Of a stretch of 64,000 nt of DNA, positions 49,080 through 58,241 are shown piece after piece (the stretch's first letter is position 1; the number at the start of each line of letters is the position of its first letter). The notes under the pieces were generated by a model that saw only the letters and a program-made list of their open reading frames with translations, had not been told where the DNA came from and made no database searches. The stretch is taken from positions 265,398-329,397 of the forward strand of contig CAVXKK010000003.1 of NCBI GenBank assembly GCA_963762295.1, written 5' to 3'. This DNA comes from an uncultured Bacillaceae bacterium. Its GTDB lineage: Bacteria; Bacillota; Bacilli; Bacillales; Bacillaceae_B. Made by a program: the position numbers and the translations under genes.

Positions 49080-50326
49080 ACGAACCATTCAAAGACTATA
49101 TCAGTGCCGTGTGCAGCCGTATCCGGAACAAAGATGTTCATGAGGAAGTGGCCCTGGAGCTAGAGGATCACCTGCATACACTGAAGGAACACGCCATGAA
49201 GGATGGAAGGTCAGAAAAGGCCGCCGTGCAGCATGCCATCAGTCAGATGGGAGACCCCGCAACGGTTGGGAAACAGCTTCATCAAACCCATCGGCCGACG
49301 TTTGACGTGACGATCCTCATCCCAGTTGCCGTCATATCGGTTTTCGGTCTCGTTTCTATGTATTTCATCCAGTTTCAATCAACCATCATGGGGATCGGAG
49401 ACATTTTTCAAAGCAGCCTGTTCTATTACCTGGCCGGCTTGATCTTGATGATTGCATGCTTTTTCTATGACTATCGGAAACTATCCCGTTATTCCGGGGT
49501 CATCTATGGTGGTACCGTCTTCCTCCTTCTCCTGACTCAGTGGATCGGGGTCCGGATAGACGGCATTGCCTATCTTGATATCGGATTCGCCACCCTGCAT
49601 ATTTCCGGCATTGCCCCCTTCCTCTTGGTCATAGCATTTGCAGGGATATTTTCGGAGTGGAACTGGCAGACACCGAAAAAAGCCATGACCGGGATCGGTC
49701 TCCTGGCAATCCCCATCCTGCTTCTTGTATCCGATGGCTTCGCTGTCTTTGCTCTCGGACTCGCAGTGGCACTCACCTTGATGATGGCAACCAAGGGAAA
49801 GGGGTATCAAATCCTCCTGTTCGGGATCAGTGTTCTTGCACTCCCTGCCCTATTTAAACCGGACTTTTTCTCACCTGTCAGTGCTGAAGGCGGGGCAGGA
49901 ATCAGGGCTTTATTCCAAAGAGCAGGATGGTTCGGTGCCGACCCGTCCGTGCTCAAATTGAATGAAATGCATACCGACTACATCCTTGCGTATATGGTTC
50001 ATTCCTTTGGATGGGTGTCGGCCATCGTGACCTTGATGTTCACCATCGTCTTCACCATCCGATTGATCCAGACTTCGAAGACAACTCTCCACTCATTCGG
50101 ACGGGTGCTGACGATCGGGTTCGCCGCAGTGTTTGGCATCCAGTTTGCCACGGCGATCCTCACCAATATCGGCCTCCTTTCACCGTCAGGCATCACGATG
50201 CCCTTCATGAGCTTCGGAGGCACGCATGTATTGATCGATATGATGGCAGCCGGTCTTGTCTTAAGCGTCTATCGTCGCAGACGCCTGGCTCCTATTCAAG
50301 CCAATGGAACGTTAAAGTCATCATGA
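49076..50326 (+). CDS. FtsW/RodA/SpoVE (SEDS) family protein with N-terminal helical prefix domain
   Basis: 'ELEDHL...AISQMGDP...GKQLHQTHRP' prefix; 'EMHTDYIL', 'GITMPFMSFGG' SEDS motifs. Confidence 0.88.
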   Translation: MNEPFKDYISAVCSRIRNKDVHEEVALELEDHLHTLKEHAMKDGRSEKAAVQHAISQMGDPATVGKQLHQTHRPTFDVTILIPVAVISVFGLVSMYFIQFQSTIMGIGDIFQSSLFYYLAGLILMIACFFYDYRKLSRYSGVIYGGTVFLLLLTQWIGVRIDGIAYLDIGFATLHISGIAPFLLVIAFAGIFSEWNWQTPKKAMTGIGLLAIPILLLVSDGFAVFALGLAVALTLMMATKGKGYQILLFGISVLALPALFKPDFFSPVSAEGGAGIRALFQRAGWFGADPSVLKLNEMHTDYILAYMVHSFGWVSAIVTLMFTIVFTIRLIQTSKTTLHSFGRVLTIGFAAVFGIQFATAILTNIGLLSPSGITMPFMSFGGTHVLIDMMAAGLVLSVYRRRRLAPIQANGTLKSS

Positions 50327-50370
50327 TGGAAGCTGATCAGGGATGTCCTGATCAGTTTTTTCATCTTTAT

Positions 50371-50393
50371 TTATATCGTATAACACGATATAA
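50371..50393. promoter_or_regulatory. MarR operator-like palindrome TTATATCGT-N5-ACGATATAA
   Basis: Perfect 9-5-9 inverted repeat overlapping TATAAT upstream of marR. Confidence 0.6.
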
Positions 50394-50423
50394 TTTAAGC
50401 AACCGAATCAAAGGAGAGAATCC

Positions 50424-50843
50424 ATGACAAACGTGACGCAACTCAATCAGCATTGGACCGACCTATATTTCCACCTTCATATCCAGCATCAAGAAAAGAT
50501 TTCCCACCAGGTCATCCGCATCATGCAGCTCGTAGAAAAACGCGATGAAGTCGGTGTGAAGGATGTCGCCAATCTCCTCTCCATTACCCACCACACAGCT
50601 TCCGAGCATGTGAAGCGGATCATCGAGAAGGGATACATCCTTAAAAAAAAGCACTCCGATGATGAGCGCAAGGTGATCCTGGAGCTAACAGATAGCGGGC
50701 GTGCTGTGCTATTCCGCAACACCAGTCTGGATGAAGACAAACTACAGGCTGCCCTGGACCTCATGACTCCCGAGGAAAGAACTGCCGTGTCGGAAGCATT
50801 CTGGCTGCTGAGCGAGAAGGCAAAATCATGTACGTCTTCCTGA
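50424..50843 (+). CDS. MarR-family regulator
   Basis: 'VKDVANLLSITHHTASEHVKRI', 'DERKVILELT'. Confidence 0.9.
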   Translation: MTNVTQLNQHWTDLYFHLHIQHQEKISHQVIRIMQLVEKRDEVGVKDVANLLSITHHTASEHVKRIIEKGYILKKKHSDDERKVILELTDSGRAVLFRNTSLDEDKLQAALDLMTPEERTAVSEAFWLLSEKAKSCTSS

Positions 50844-51181
50844 AGATCCTTGTTTCCGCACTCGTCATCGGAGCCGTGACCGAGATTGCGCGCCGCTTCC
50901 CGACCTATGGCGGCATCATTGCGGCCCTGCCTTTGGTCAGCCTCCTCAGCATCATCTGGCTATACATCCAAGGCGAGGCATCGGAGCGGATAAGCACGTT
51001 CGCTCTCGGGGTCCTGTGGGGTTTCCCCGCAACGGCCTTCCTGCTCATCATCGTATACCTGTCGCTCCAGCACTCCCTTCATCTTTTCACAGCGATCGGA
51101 CTTGGACTGGCAGGCTGGGCACTGTTTCTCGTCTTACAAGATGTCGTCATCAAACAGGCAAAAATCTTTTTCTTATCATAG
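50828..51181 (+). CDS. DUF3147-family membrane protein
   Basis: 'EIARRFPTYGGIIAALPLVSLLS'. Confidence 0.8.
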   Translation: MYVFLKILVSALVIGAVTEIARRFPTYGGIIAALPLVSLLSIIWLYIQGEASERISTFALGVLWGFPATAFLLIIVYLSLQHSLHLFTAIGLGLAGWALFLVLQDVVIKQAKIFFLS

Positions 51182-51193
51182 GAGGAATGAAGA

Positions 51194-51702
51194 ATAAATG
51201 AGCGCTACCCCATCGGGGAGTTCGAAACACCCGACCATCTATCAGCCGACCAGATTCACCACTGGATCGAAGAGAACCGCACGTTTCCTGCAAGACTCCT
51301 GGAAACCGTCAGATCTCTAAGCGAGCATGACCTGGATAAGGCTTACCGTGAAGGAGGCTGGACCATCCGCCAGGTCGTCCACCATGTTGCCGACAGTCAT
51401 ATGAACGCCTACATACGATTCAAACTCGCCCTGACGGAAGTGAACCCGACCATCCGTCTCTATGCCGAGGATAAATGGGCAGAGCTATCGGATTCCCGTT
51501 CACCTATCTCATCATCCCTAACCATCATCTCTTCCCTGCATGAGCGCTGGGTCAATCTATTAAAAGCTTAACGGAGGAACAGCTTGCACGGACCTTTGTC
51601 CACCCTGACTCAGGGAGCGTGGCCCTTGCCGTGAACATCGGAATCTATGCCTGGCACGGGAATCATCACCTGGCTCATATCCAGCATGCGCTGCAAAACT
51701 AA
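51194..51702 (+). pseudogene. bstA: YfiT/BstA bacillithiol transferase; start reads ATA and there is a frameshift near 51565
   Basis: 'ERYPIGEF', 'YREGGWTIRQVVHHVADSHMNAYIRFKLALTE', '[12 protein letters not shown]'. Confidence 0.85.
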
Positions 51703-51743
51703 AAAAGCCTTGGCCTTTCTCTTAAGGGAAGGCCAAGGCTTTT
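51703..51743. terminator. Bidirectional terminator
   Basis: AAAAGCCTTGGCCTT...AAGGCCAAGGCTTTT. Confidence 0.75.
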
Positions 51744-51862
51744 AATAAAACAACTCATACATTCCATCATAAAAGTACCGGAACTCTTCATCCGACACCC
51801 GGTATAGCTTATATCCAGCATAAAAGGCATCCTTTTCTTTCCCTGTGAAGACAACGCGTGTC

Positions 51863-52828
51863 CTATTCAAACTTCTCCGCGTACTTCCCTCTCTCCAGGA
51901 TCTCGTCCGTGGTCATGGATGTCCATTCCGGTATAGAAGCATCGGGATTCTTCTGTAAAAAAGCATCCATAATTTGAAGGCCGAGCCGGTAGTTGGACCA
52001 CATCGGGATTTTCTTTTCGCGACTGCCGATAAAAATTTCCTCATAGAGGTCTTGATCAAAGGTATCGGGATTCTCTGAAATCATATCCCACACCATTTTC
52101 TCCTTATCGGGATGCAACGTGTCCACCCATGGGTTTTCCACATCGGGATAGATTTGCTTAGCAAATTCATCTGCCTTTCCTTCAATGACGACACCATCCA
52201 AAACGGAGTATGCCTCTCCATCATGGGTCTCGAAATTGACGAGATGATGATACTCATGGGCAATCGTATATTCAAGATTTCCCACGTTGAAAGCAGGATC
52301 GATCAGGATGAGGATGGAATGCTCACTGAACACCGCACCATATACACCGTTCATAAGATTTGCGTTAGATTTGAATTCCGGACTGGATGGAACCACGTAA
52401 ATGGTTTTATTACCACCGGGAAGAACGTCGATAGACTTCTCCATAGCTTGCTTTATGCTCGAGTGGATGGTGTCCTGTTTTTCCTTTAATACCTGCAGGT
52501 CTTCCTCCATTGTATCTAGGTCTCGCGGAGCCTGTAAAAATTCATAACCAATCATTTTCATTATCGTCGGATCATCCGCCTCACCGTGCTCAACCATTGC
52601 TTTCTTGACCTTCTGTATGTAAAGCGTCTCGTTATCCTGATCAGGATTGTCACGTACACTTTCGATATAATCTGCCATCTCATTGTAGTAATAGTGAACC
52701 TTTATTTCTTGTTCTTTGTATGTAATCTTTTCTTCGCTCTTGAACGCCTCTTCTTCTTTGTCATCTGAACAGCCCGTGAGTGCAAGGAGCAGGGTACACA
52801 TAGCAATCATCCAATAGATTTTCTTCAT
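51863..52828 (-). CDS. Lipoprotein, DUF2268 putative Zn-dependent protease
   Basis: Lipobox LTGC; 'IAHEYHH', 'EGKADEF'. Confidence 0.85.
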   Translation of the reverse strand: MKKIYWMIAMCTLLLALTGCSDDKEEEAFKSEEKITYKEQEIKVHYYYNEMADYIESVRDNPDQDNETLYIQKVKKAMVEHGEADDPTIMKMIGYEFLQAPRDLDTMEEDLQVLKEKQDTIHSSIKQAMEKSIDVLPGGNKTIYVVPSSPEFKSNANLMNGVYGAVFSEHSILILIDPAFNVGNLEYTIAHEYHHLVNFETHDGEAYSVLDGVVIEGKADEFAKQIYPDVENPWVDTLHPDKEKMVWDMISENPDTFDQDLYEEIFIGSREKKIPMWSNYRLGLQIMDAFLQKNPDASIPEWTSMTTDEILERGKYAEKFE

Positions 52829-53373
52829 TCCGCTCCCCCTTCACCATTCTCAAGGTATTGAATGACCTTTGTAATATACGATGTGATGGGAGAAGAGGTA
52901 TCTATCTGTAGGCAAGGGAGGCCATCAGGCTTTTTACTGTTCAACACCGTTTTTCGGAATGCTTCTTCTGATTTCACCTCTTTGATTTGGCTCGGCATCC
53001 GATTCCTTTCCCTCAAACGCTGATTGATCAGGGTAAAATCATTTACCACACACTCAATATATTTATAAGGAATGCTATATTTTGCAGCAAGGAGCGTCCC
53101 CTTCTCTACCATTTCATCATAGAGGCATGGGCTATCAAAGATCACACTATGTCCTTGCGAGACCAACGACTCACTGATGGACCAGTCCAAGTGATATGAT
53201 ACTTTCCCTGCTGTATCATGGGTAAGTTCATTTCCCACCATATCCATCAGAGCTGATTTTGTAACGTCATGATCCACGATGACCGCACCTGTTCTTTTTC
53301 CTATCTCACGGGCGAGAGTTGACTTCCCCGACCCTGGATATCCTGACATTTGAATAAACACAATCACGCTCAC
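52825..53373 (-). CDS. P-loop kinase (AAA_33 family)
   Basis: 'MSGYPGSGKSTLA', 'VIFDSPC'. Confidence 0.85.
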   Translation of the reverse strand: MSVIVFIQMSGYPGSGKSTLAREIGKRTGAVIVDHDVTKSALMDMVGNELTHDTAGKVSYHLDWSISESLVSQGHSVIFDSPCLYDEMVEKGTLLAAKYSIPYKYIECVVNDFTLINQRLRERNRMPSQIKEVKSEEAFRKTVLNSKKPDGLPCLQIDTSSPITSYITKVIQYLENGEGGAE

Positions 53374-53411
53374 CTCGTATCTTTTTTATACAAACACGAC
53401 CCATACATGGT

Positions 53412-53852
53412 CTACTCAAGATCATTCCCAACCAACTGCCTCAACCTCTCCGTCCGTTTCCCATCAAGTGAATAAACAGCGTTTAAATCCTTCGCATTCT
53501 TTACCCGACTCTCCTCCCCTTCATCACCCAACCAGAGAAGAAGCTTTTGCTGTTCACCGTTAGCAGCATCCACCTCCATGATGAAATCCGGATCTTCATG
53601 ATCGGCCATCCCCTCAACCTTCACAGCACCAGAGAATACTTCCTGAACCGCCTGGATCATGAGTGCATCGCCCTCATTCAGTCGTGAATCGCCTCCCGGT
53701 TTGGAAAGATGGTATTCTTCCCACTCTTCGAAATCAATCAGCCCGTTCTCCATGATCTACGCTGGAGGGTCGTGCAGAACAGGGGCAGCCGATTCCTTTT
53801 GACAACTGGCGAGTATAATACTCATTGAGACTGCAAACAGGATCTTTTTCAT
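53412..53852 (-). pseudogene. Lipoprotein with in-frame TAG at 53757-53759
   Basis: MKKILFAVSMSIILASC lipobox in frame with ORF 53412..53753; GGAGG RBS. Confidence 0.65.
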
Positions 53853-53874
53853 AGCGGCACCTCCACTTATCTTA

Positions 53875-53900
53875 TACGTACAAATGAGGATTAAGTTTCC
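53875..53900 (-). promoter_or_regulatory. SigW-like promoter GGAAAC-N16-CGTA
   Basis: One mismatch to the SigW consensus, upstream of the lipoprotein-kinase-protease operon. Confidence 0.5.
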
Positions 53901-54080
53901 ATTTATTGATAAATAAAAACCGAACCCAATCGATCCGGTTTACTTGTTTCATTTCATATAGGTCCTGACCAGGTCGTAACAGCGGGATTCCGTCTGATTC
54001 GCTAATATGGCCGCTATGAAGTGGTCCCCTAAGTTCCTCGAAGGCGTGGTACACTATTAAAAAACTCCAGGAGGTGGCAT

Positions 54081-54554
54081 ATGAATCTGCAAAAAATCGA
54101 TGTGGACAAACACAGGGATGTCATCATTTCTTTCCGCAGGGATTCCTTCAAGGTCAGCTTCGGTACGGATCAAGCCTTTGACGAGGAAGAATATGTACGG
54201 TGGGTCCAGGACCAATCGGCCTTATTCCCGGATGGCTTCATTCTCCTTATGGAAAAAGGGGTACCGATCGGTCAGCTTGAATTGACGGTGAAAGACTATG
54301 AAGGGAGAAGAATCGGGTATGTGAACCTCTATTATCTGATTACTGAGCGACGTGGATCAGGGATAGGAAATAAGCTTCACCAGTACGCCCTACAGTTCTT
54401 CCGGAATCAAGGTGTATCCGAATATCACCTTCGCGTTTCACCAAGCAACCATCAGGCGCTGGGCTTTTACCGCAGGAACGGGATGACGGTGCTGAAGAGA
54501 GAATTGGATGGAAAGGTCTTAAGGATGATGGGACGAGTGGAGGATGAATCGTAG
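54081..54554 (+). CDS. GNAT acetyltransferase
   Basis: 'GYVNLYYLITERRGSGIG', 'LRVSPSNHQALGFY'. Confidence 0.9.
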   Translation: MNLQKIDVDKHRDVIISFRRDSFKVSFGTDQAFDEEEYVRWVQDQSALFPDGFILLMEKGVPIGQLELTVKDYEGRRIGYVNLYYLITERRGSGIGNKLHQYALQFFRNQGVSEYHLRVSPSNHQALGFYRRNGMTVLKRELDGKVLRMMGRVEDES

Positions 54555-54557
54555 CCT

Positions 54558-54941
54558 TCACTCCTCCCCCACTGCTTCAATCTTCTGGCAGACAGCATAT
54601 GGCGGAGAAGACTCCAGGATCTGGCCACACCATGCCTTCACCTTTGTTCCGGATTTTATTCCCTTAAGATCCGAATCGTCTTTCAACTTTAAAAAGTATC
54701 CATCGTTTTTGCTCATAAACTCATTCAATGAGAGGGTCTTGTCTTCCTTCTTAAATTCCTCGCCCTCGATCAGAATATTATGTTCCTCTTTCTGAATATA
54801 GATCCCTTCCATAGAAGGAGGCCCCTCACCATCGTGCACATATTTAGGCTGCCTTTCATGAATCATCTCCTCACACCCCGTAACCAACAAGAATAGCCCC
54901 ACCGGCAGGAGGAACTTCATGAAGCGTTTCATTGCACTCAT
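54558..54941 (-). CDS. Lipoprotein (DUF3221/YobA-like OB fold)
   Basis: Lipobox VTGC; 'GTKVKAW...ILESSPP'. Confidence 0.7.
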   Translation of the reverse strand: MSAMKRFMKFLLPVGLFLLVTGCEEMIHERQPKYVHDGEGPPSMEGIYIQKEEHNILIEGEEFKKEDKTLSLNEFMSKNDGYFLKLKDDSDLKGIKSGTKVKAWCGQILESSPPYAVCQKIEAVGEE

Positions 54942-55019
54942 CTCCTTTCATACAGTTGACAACATACAATCTCTGCTTCACTATGTGAATGATACACATT
55001 GAACTGAGGAGGCTTCCCC

Positions 55020-56012
55020 TTGAAAAACATGATACTGATCGACATCGAAACGGGAAGTACTGTTCCTGATTCCGGGATCTTTCAAGTCGCCGCGCTTGTT
55101 GTGGAGCACGGAATCATCGTTGATAAGCATTACTTTTTTGACATAGAGGACGAGGCCATGACTGCCTTCGGTTTTGGCGCTGGTTATGCGAAAATCTCTG
55201 ATCACATGAAGATGAAACAAACCTTCCGTGAGCTACTTGAAGACTACCCGTATCCGGTTGTTTCGTTCAATGCAGCCTTGGACCGAGCTACCCTTTTACA
55301 CGACGGATGGCTGGATGAAGGCAGGGATTGCTTCAGTGCACAGGCCACCATCAAGCACACCCATCCCCATCTGTTTTCCTATACTCTGAGTTACCTCTCA
55401 CATTATTTCAAAGTAGGGTTGCCCGTTGATCACAAAGCCTATTTGAATTTGCTACTCCTGCTTGAAGTGATCAAAAAGGCATCTCCGCTGGAGTGGAATC
55501 CGTTTCACATAGCCAAGCCGGAACGCGATCGCAGGATTTTCCAAGGAAAGTCCATCGTGTTCACCGGAGCCAGTGTCCAGCCCCGGGTACGCATGAGCAA
55601 GGCCGCAAGAAGTTGTGGGGCCACCGTTAGCAATACCATCACATCCAAGACAGACTTCCTTATCGTCGGCAAACGGCCGGGAAGCAAGCTGGAGCGCGCC
55701 CGAAACCTTGGGGTCCCCATCATATCGGATGAATGGTTTTTGGAGACCGTATCGACCGAACCTGCAAAAGAGGCATCTCCTTACAAAAAACTTGATGATT
55801 TGGCGGGAAAGACAGTCTACCTCACCCCAATGCCCGCGTCGTACAAACGAAAGGTGAAGAATATCCTGAACACGATGGATGTTTCATGGGTGAGGGATTC
55901 GGAAGACTTGAAACCCGAGGTTGTCATCCATTCAGACGGATCAAGGTCCATGGAAGGATTGGAGATGACTTTATCCCTTTCGGAGTTTAACCGGATGCTG
56001 CTTGGTGAATAA
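55020..56012 (+). CDS. DEDD/DnaQ-like 3'-5' exonuclease fused to BRCT domain(s)
   Basis: ExoI 'IDIETG', ExoII 'SFNAALD'; BRCT 'FQGKSIVFTG...GATVSNTITSKTDFLIVGKRPGSKLERARNLGVPIISDEWF'. Confidence 0.82.
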   Translation: MKNMILIDIETGSTVPDSGIFQVAALVVEHGIIVDKHYFFDIEDEAMTAFGFGAGYAKISDHMKMKQTFRELLEDYPYPVVSFNAALDRATLLHDGWLDEGRDCFSAQATIKHTHPHLFSYTLSYLSHYFKVGLPVDHKAYLNLLLLLEVIKKASPLEWNPFHIAKPERDRRIFQGKSIVFTGASVQPRVRMSKAARSCGATVSNTITSKTDFLIVGKRPGSKLERARNLGVPIISDEWFLETVSTEPAKEASPYKKLDDLAGKTVYLTPMPASYKRKVKNILNTMDVSWVRDSEDLKPEVVIHSDGSRSMEGLEMTLSLSEFNRMLLGE

Positions 56013-56095
56013 AAGGTTCCTTGCTTTTGTTAAATAAATTCCTTATTTGAAGTATAATGGAAACTTCTCTATATCATCAAGGAGGCTTCCATTTT

Positions 56096-56488
56096 ATGAA
56101 ACGTTTCATCAAAAAACACCCCGTCGGCTTCACCATCACGATTTCCACCATCGTGTTCACAGCTGCAGTGAGCTGGGGCCTCATCGCCCTCATCCATTGG
56201 TCCTTATTTGACATAGATCGGCTGGAGCCAGGGGAACTCATTACAGAAGAAACGTCACCAGACGGACGCTATACCGTACAAATCTTCCTCAACAATGGCG
56301 GAGCCACCGTGGATTATGCTGTGCTTGGCGTACTGACATTCAACGAGAAAAAACGTGAAGCCAAGAATATCTATTGGCAGTACCATGAAGAGGAAGGAGA
56401 AATCAGTTGGGTAGACGATGACACGGTACAAATTAATGATCAAGTCCTTCATGTACCGGATGAAGTGTATGACTACAGGCGGGAATGA
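56096..56488 (+). CDS. DUF5412-family protein
   Basis: TM then 'SPDGRYTV...NGGATVDYAV...NIYWQY'. Confidence 0.8.
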   Translation: MKRFIKKHPVGFTITISTIVFTAAVSWGLIALIHWSLFDIDRLEPGELITEETSPDGRYTVQIFLNNGGATVDYAVLGVLTFNEKKREAKNIYWQYHEEEGEISWVDDDTVQINDQVLHVPDEVYDYRRE

Positions 56489-56564
56489 TTCCCCCTGACA
56501 AACCAAAACAACCCCACTTACGATAACGCAAGTGGGGCTCTTCTAGTTCTACTGCTCTACTCTA

Positions 56565-57044
56565 TTATGCGATGGGACCGTATGCTACTCCTTGAAAGGT
56601 AATGGGACCTACCACATTCAAATCAGCTGCACCAGATGGAGATTCAATTGTTAGATTGTATACACTAAATTGATTGGCGGTGTTAAAGTCTGTGGTTTCA
56701 AAAGAAGCAGTATAGAAACTCTCAAAAAATCCTTCGAGTCCTAATTGGGTACTAAATATTTCTGTACCTATGGTAAAGGAATTTGTGCTTTTGTAAATCC
56801 GTATAATAACTGGCTCTACAGAAGTAGTACTCTGAAGGCCAATCGTACCTGAAAGGACGACGCGATTGGTAGGGGTTAGGGGGGTCAGGAACATTCCCAG
56901 GTCTGCCTGAAAGAATGTACCACCTGCAATCGAGTATTTATTGGTTGCTGGTGTAATTCCGACGGGAGTAAGGGGAATGGGAGTTGGGGTGGTAGGACCA
57001 TTGCGCGGTACGCTCGCTTTCATATCTAAAATTTGTTCGGCCAT
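56565..57044 (-). CDS. Exosporium protein C (ExsC)-like protein
   Basis: 'NRVVLSGTIG', 'EIFSTQLGLE', 'YNLTIES', 'VVGPITF' resemble remembered B. cereus ExsC. Confidence 0.6.
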   Translation of the reverse strand: MAEQILDMKASVPRNGPTTPTPIPLTPVGITPATNKYSIAGGTFFQADLGMFLTPLTPTNRVVLSGTIGLQSTTSVEPVIIRIYKSTNSFTIGTEIFSTQLGLEGFFESFYTASFETTDFNTANQFSVYNLTIESPSGAADLNVVGPITFQGVAYGPIA

Positions 57045-57317
57045 ATCGTTCACCTCCTTAAAATAGAATGGATATAATAGCTGAACATCTTGAAAAGTAA
57101 ATCTATCATTTCAGCTATCATACTTTTACTATATTCTTTTTTCATAGAAAGGATTGTATGCTTGTCCTGTCGCATCAACAGAATAGACATAGGGGTATAT
57201 AGAGATTCACTATTAAAACCAAAACACTATCATCTACAAAATGTTCTGGTTGTTATATAGTAAATCGTTTTTACTTTTCTGTGTCTTCTTCAGTCCTTAC
57301 ACAATGACCCCTCCCTA

Positions 57318-58157
57318 TCAAACCAGCTGCGAAAACACTCTCCCACACACTTCCATGATCCCTTTCCCGTATTCAGCTTCTGTTATGAAGTCATGCTTCC
57401 TTTTCGCTTCTTCCGTGGCATTTCCGAGAAGATACCCATGCTCCACGGCCTTCACCATTTCCAAATCGTTGCCGCTGTCGCCAAAAGCTAGGGTGCGGCT
57501 ACTGGGGACGTTGTAATGTTTCTTCATGAAGCTGACCGCGGCCTTCTTGCCCGTCCCTTTGGGAATGAAATCGACGTCGTACGCATTTTCCGGGTCTCCT
57601 GCCTTCGGGTTGCAGCGGTTGATGTTGAGCCCTACACCGTGATTAAATGCGAGCTGACGGATGATGGCGAGGTGATAATCGACACCTGTGTCCGAAGTGG
57701 GATAGTAATAGTAGTTCATCTTATATGTCCCTTGCCCGAACTGGGTTTGAGGGGTCAGTTTGATAGAGTAGATGTTCTTTAAGTCATCCAGGATCTCCTG
57801 TACGACTCTATGGGAGAAGCCTGACCGGGCAATCCTCTTCTCCCATTCCGGAATGGGAAGGTAGCATTGTCTTGCATGCACTTCCCACATTTCTGTTCCA
57901 AGATTGCTCGAGATGAAGTGGGGCAGGTACCGCATTCTCGCCTTCTTCATCTTCTCCTCGACCTGGGTGAGACTGCTGCCAGTCACCCATCCGATCTTCA
58001 CATGTTGCTCGGACGCAAGCCATTGAAGATACTCCTCCAGTTCATGGACCATCATAAGCTGCTCCTCTGTGCATGCATGGGGGAAATACGTTTCATCAAA
58101 ATCAAAAAATGCGATATACCTGGTCTCGCCTGTCGAATGGTAAACCTCTTGCGGCAT
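57318..58157 (-). CDS. ntdB: HAD-IIB phosphatase, NtdB (kanosamine-6-phosphate phosphatase)-like
   Basis: 'YIAFFDFDETYFPH', 'GWVTGSS', 'NINRCNPKAGDPENAYDVDFIP', 'AFGDSGND' follow B. subtilis NtdB. Confidence 0.85.
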   Translation of the reverse strand: MPQEVYHSTGETRYIAFFDFDETYFPHACTEEQLMMVHELEEYLQWLASEQHVKIGWVTGSSLTQVEEKMKKARMRYLPHFISSNLGTEMWEVHARQCYLPIPEWEKRIARSGFSHRVVQEILDDLKNIYSIKLTPQTQFGQGTYKMNYYYYPTSDTGVDYHLAIIRQLAFNHGVGLNINRCNPKAGDPENAYDVDFIPKGTGKKAAVSFMKKHYNVPSSRTLAFGDSGNDLEMVKAVEHGYLLGNATEEAKRKHDFITEAEYGKGIMEVCGRVFSQLV

Positions 58158-58195
58158 GTGGACACCTCCTAGTAAGATAAATTCAACGTACTCTC

Positions 58196-58209
58196 TGGGA
58201 ACGTTCCCA
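58196..58209. promoter_or_regulatory. LacI-type operator TGGGAACGTTCCCA
   Basis: Perfect 14-bp palindrome with central CG, abutting a minus-strand TTGACA (58210-58215). Confidence 0.75.
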
Positions 58210-58241
58210 TGTCAATACATAACTTGGAGGGAGATTGACCA

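Noticed and set aside
53757-53759. Programmed stop-codon readthrough or genetic-code reassignment
   Set aside because: In-frame stops are of different types and co-occur with many indels; all three stops end normal genes here.
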